Assembly (NCBI RefSeq): GCF_004010195.1
Contig: NC_057719.1
Location: 37,754,547-37,818,546 of the forward strand
Reading direction: 5' to 3'
Length of the DNA stretch: 64,000 bases
Origin: Chiloscyllium plagiosum
Taxonomy: Eukaryota
Made by a program: the position numbers and the translations under genes. Below, piece after piece: positions 62,631 to 64,000 of the stretch; position 1 is the first letter of the stretch, and each line of letters begins with the position of its first letter. The notes beneath the pieces were generated by a model. The model made no database searches. It worked only from the letters and a program-made list of their open reading frames with translations, and was not told the DNA's origin.

Positions 62631-62946
62631 GGGGCGGCATGGTGGCTCAGTGGTTAGCACTGCTACCTCACAGCACCAGGGTCCCAGGTTCGATTCCAGC
62701 CTCGGGCGACTGTCTGTGTGGAGTTTGCACATTCTCCCCGTGTCTGCGTGGGTTTCCTCCGGGTGCTCCGGTTTCCTCCCACAATCCAAAAATGTGCAGG
62801 TTAGGTGAATTGACCATGCTAAATTGCCCATAGGGTTAGATGCATTAGTCAGAGAGAAATGGGTCTGGGTAGGTTAGCCTTCGGTGGGTCGGTGTGGACT
62901 GGTTGGGCCAAAGGGCCTGTTTCCGCACTGTAGGGAATCTAATCTA
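62631..62946 (+). mobile_element. HE1-type V-SINE, complete
   Basis: A box tggctcagtgg, B box ggttcgattcc, V-domain, gggaatctaatctaa tail. Confidence 0.92.
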
Positions 62947-64000
62947 AACAAATAAAGAGAAATAACCAATGAATTCCGAAAACCTGGAGTGGAACACAAC
63001 AGCCAGTGGACTGGAACACCATGCGTGGAGCAGAACAACTAGCAGACTAGAAAGCTGGAGTAGGATGTGATGGCCAGCATACTGCCTCATAAACATTAAT
63101 GTGTTATCTGTGAAGAACTAGGGTCGACTTTTACACAAGATATGTGGAAACTTCCAGATTATTTGGCCAAAAGTAGAGGGTTGACATTTACATGACATCG
63201 ACTGGTTACTTGAGTGTATATGGTTGACAGCAGGTTTACTGAGTTGCCCATTGTGAAGCAGAAGTCTGGGATTCCCTCCTTGTGAATTAAACTCCAAATT
63301 TTAGAAATAGTAGATTCCTTGCCGAGTTTCCTTTTGTTTGCTGATTTCCTTGGATGGGTTGTTGTTGTGGAATTGAAATGCAATAGCTGTGTTATTGAAG
63401 GTGTATGCATGCACTCTGTGTGCATATGATAACTTTGTTAAGCGGTTCCATTGCACAGTTTTCAGTTCTTTTCCTGACCAAGCAAATAATGCACCTGCAT
63501 TGCTTTTTGAACAGTTTTTAAAGAAGTTTGTGTACATTTATAAATTATTATGAATCAGTATTGTTCACATCTGTAAAGAAATGCTTTTAGTGTTGGATAC
63601 CTCACAGATTCTTCATTTATTTTATTTTGTTCTTTTATGAATTTTCAATTTTGAGCCAGAATTGACCGTTGGACTTTGGGACAGTTTGGGTTAAAAAGGA
63701 AAGAACAGACTTGGCAAGCTTTGTTTGTTTGAAAAGCCAAACCTGGAGGTTAATTGTAGGCTGAGCCTTGATTAAATGGTTCCACCGACCAGCCTCCACC
63801 AGCCCCCACCCCAAAACTAGCTCAGGAAAAGCATTGTGTTTAAATAAGTAGCAGAAATTGGCTATTCAAGAGGCCAATACCTGAGGAGTTGATCACAGCA
63901 AGCTTGAGGGAGACCCTGTGTTCAACAGTTGCCAGATTTTGAACGGTGACTGAGACCTCGGGGAGATTCAGTCAGTCTACTGGGGTGAAATCAGAATTAA

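Larger units (their letters stand above)
61957..63223. mobile_element. Non-autonomous TcMar (Tc2/pogo-like) DNA transposon, interrupted by CR1 and HE1
   Basis: Imperfect TIRs ccgtatatactcgagtaatagttga / tcgactggttacttgagtgtatatgg, with TA at the left end and subterminal gggtcagctattac / gggtcgactttt motifs. Confidence 0.6.

Noticed and set aside
62631..62705. tRNA gene-like sequence (also at the other HE1 heads)
   Set aside because: A/B boxes run directly into the V-domain and LINE-like tail, so these are SINE heads, not tRNA genes.
57883..64000. Next TECPR2 exon
   Set aside because: I found no ORF with splice sites resembling the expected Ser-rich continuation; it probably lies beyond the window, though a diverged exon could have been missed.

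Overview
Eukaryotic (vertebrate) genomic DNA, almost certainly from a cartilaginous fish, probably a shark, judging by its repeats: HE1-type V-SINEs, HER1/CR1-type LINEs, a DeuSINE remnant and Penelope-like elements (PLEs). It holds the conserved ZNF839(+) / CINP(-) / TECPR2(+) gene block. Present are the last coding exon of ZNF839 (6520-7631), the complete 5-exon CINP CDS (24859->10223, 213 aa; all junctions GT-AG and in phase) and the first six coding exons of TECPR2 (29521-57882; the gene continues beyond the window). CINP and TECPR2 are head-to-head around a ~0.5 kb CpG-rich promoter with ~10 same-orientation CCAAT boxes. Introns are packed with nested retroelements (CR1, RTE, Rex1/Babar, L2-like, PLEs, three SINE families) and one TcMar-type MITE. 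The most unusual signals are (i) a family of ~110-220 bp PLE-derived insertions that carry a minimal hammerhead-ribozyme core, are mostly flanked by 8-14 bp target-site duplications and sometimes fold back as hairpins, and (ii) two local inverted duplications that are not explained by paired TE insertions. Gene and repeat-family names come from my recollection of known sequences, not from a database search. Repeat boundaries are approximate. No prokaryotic-type system is present.
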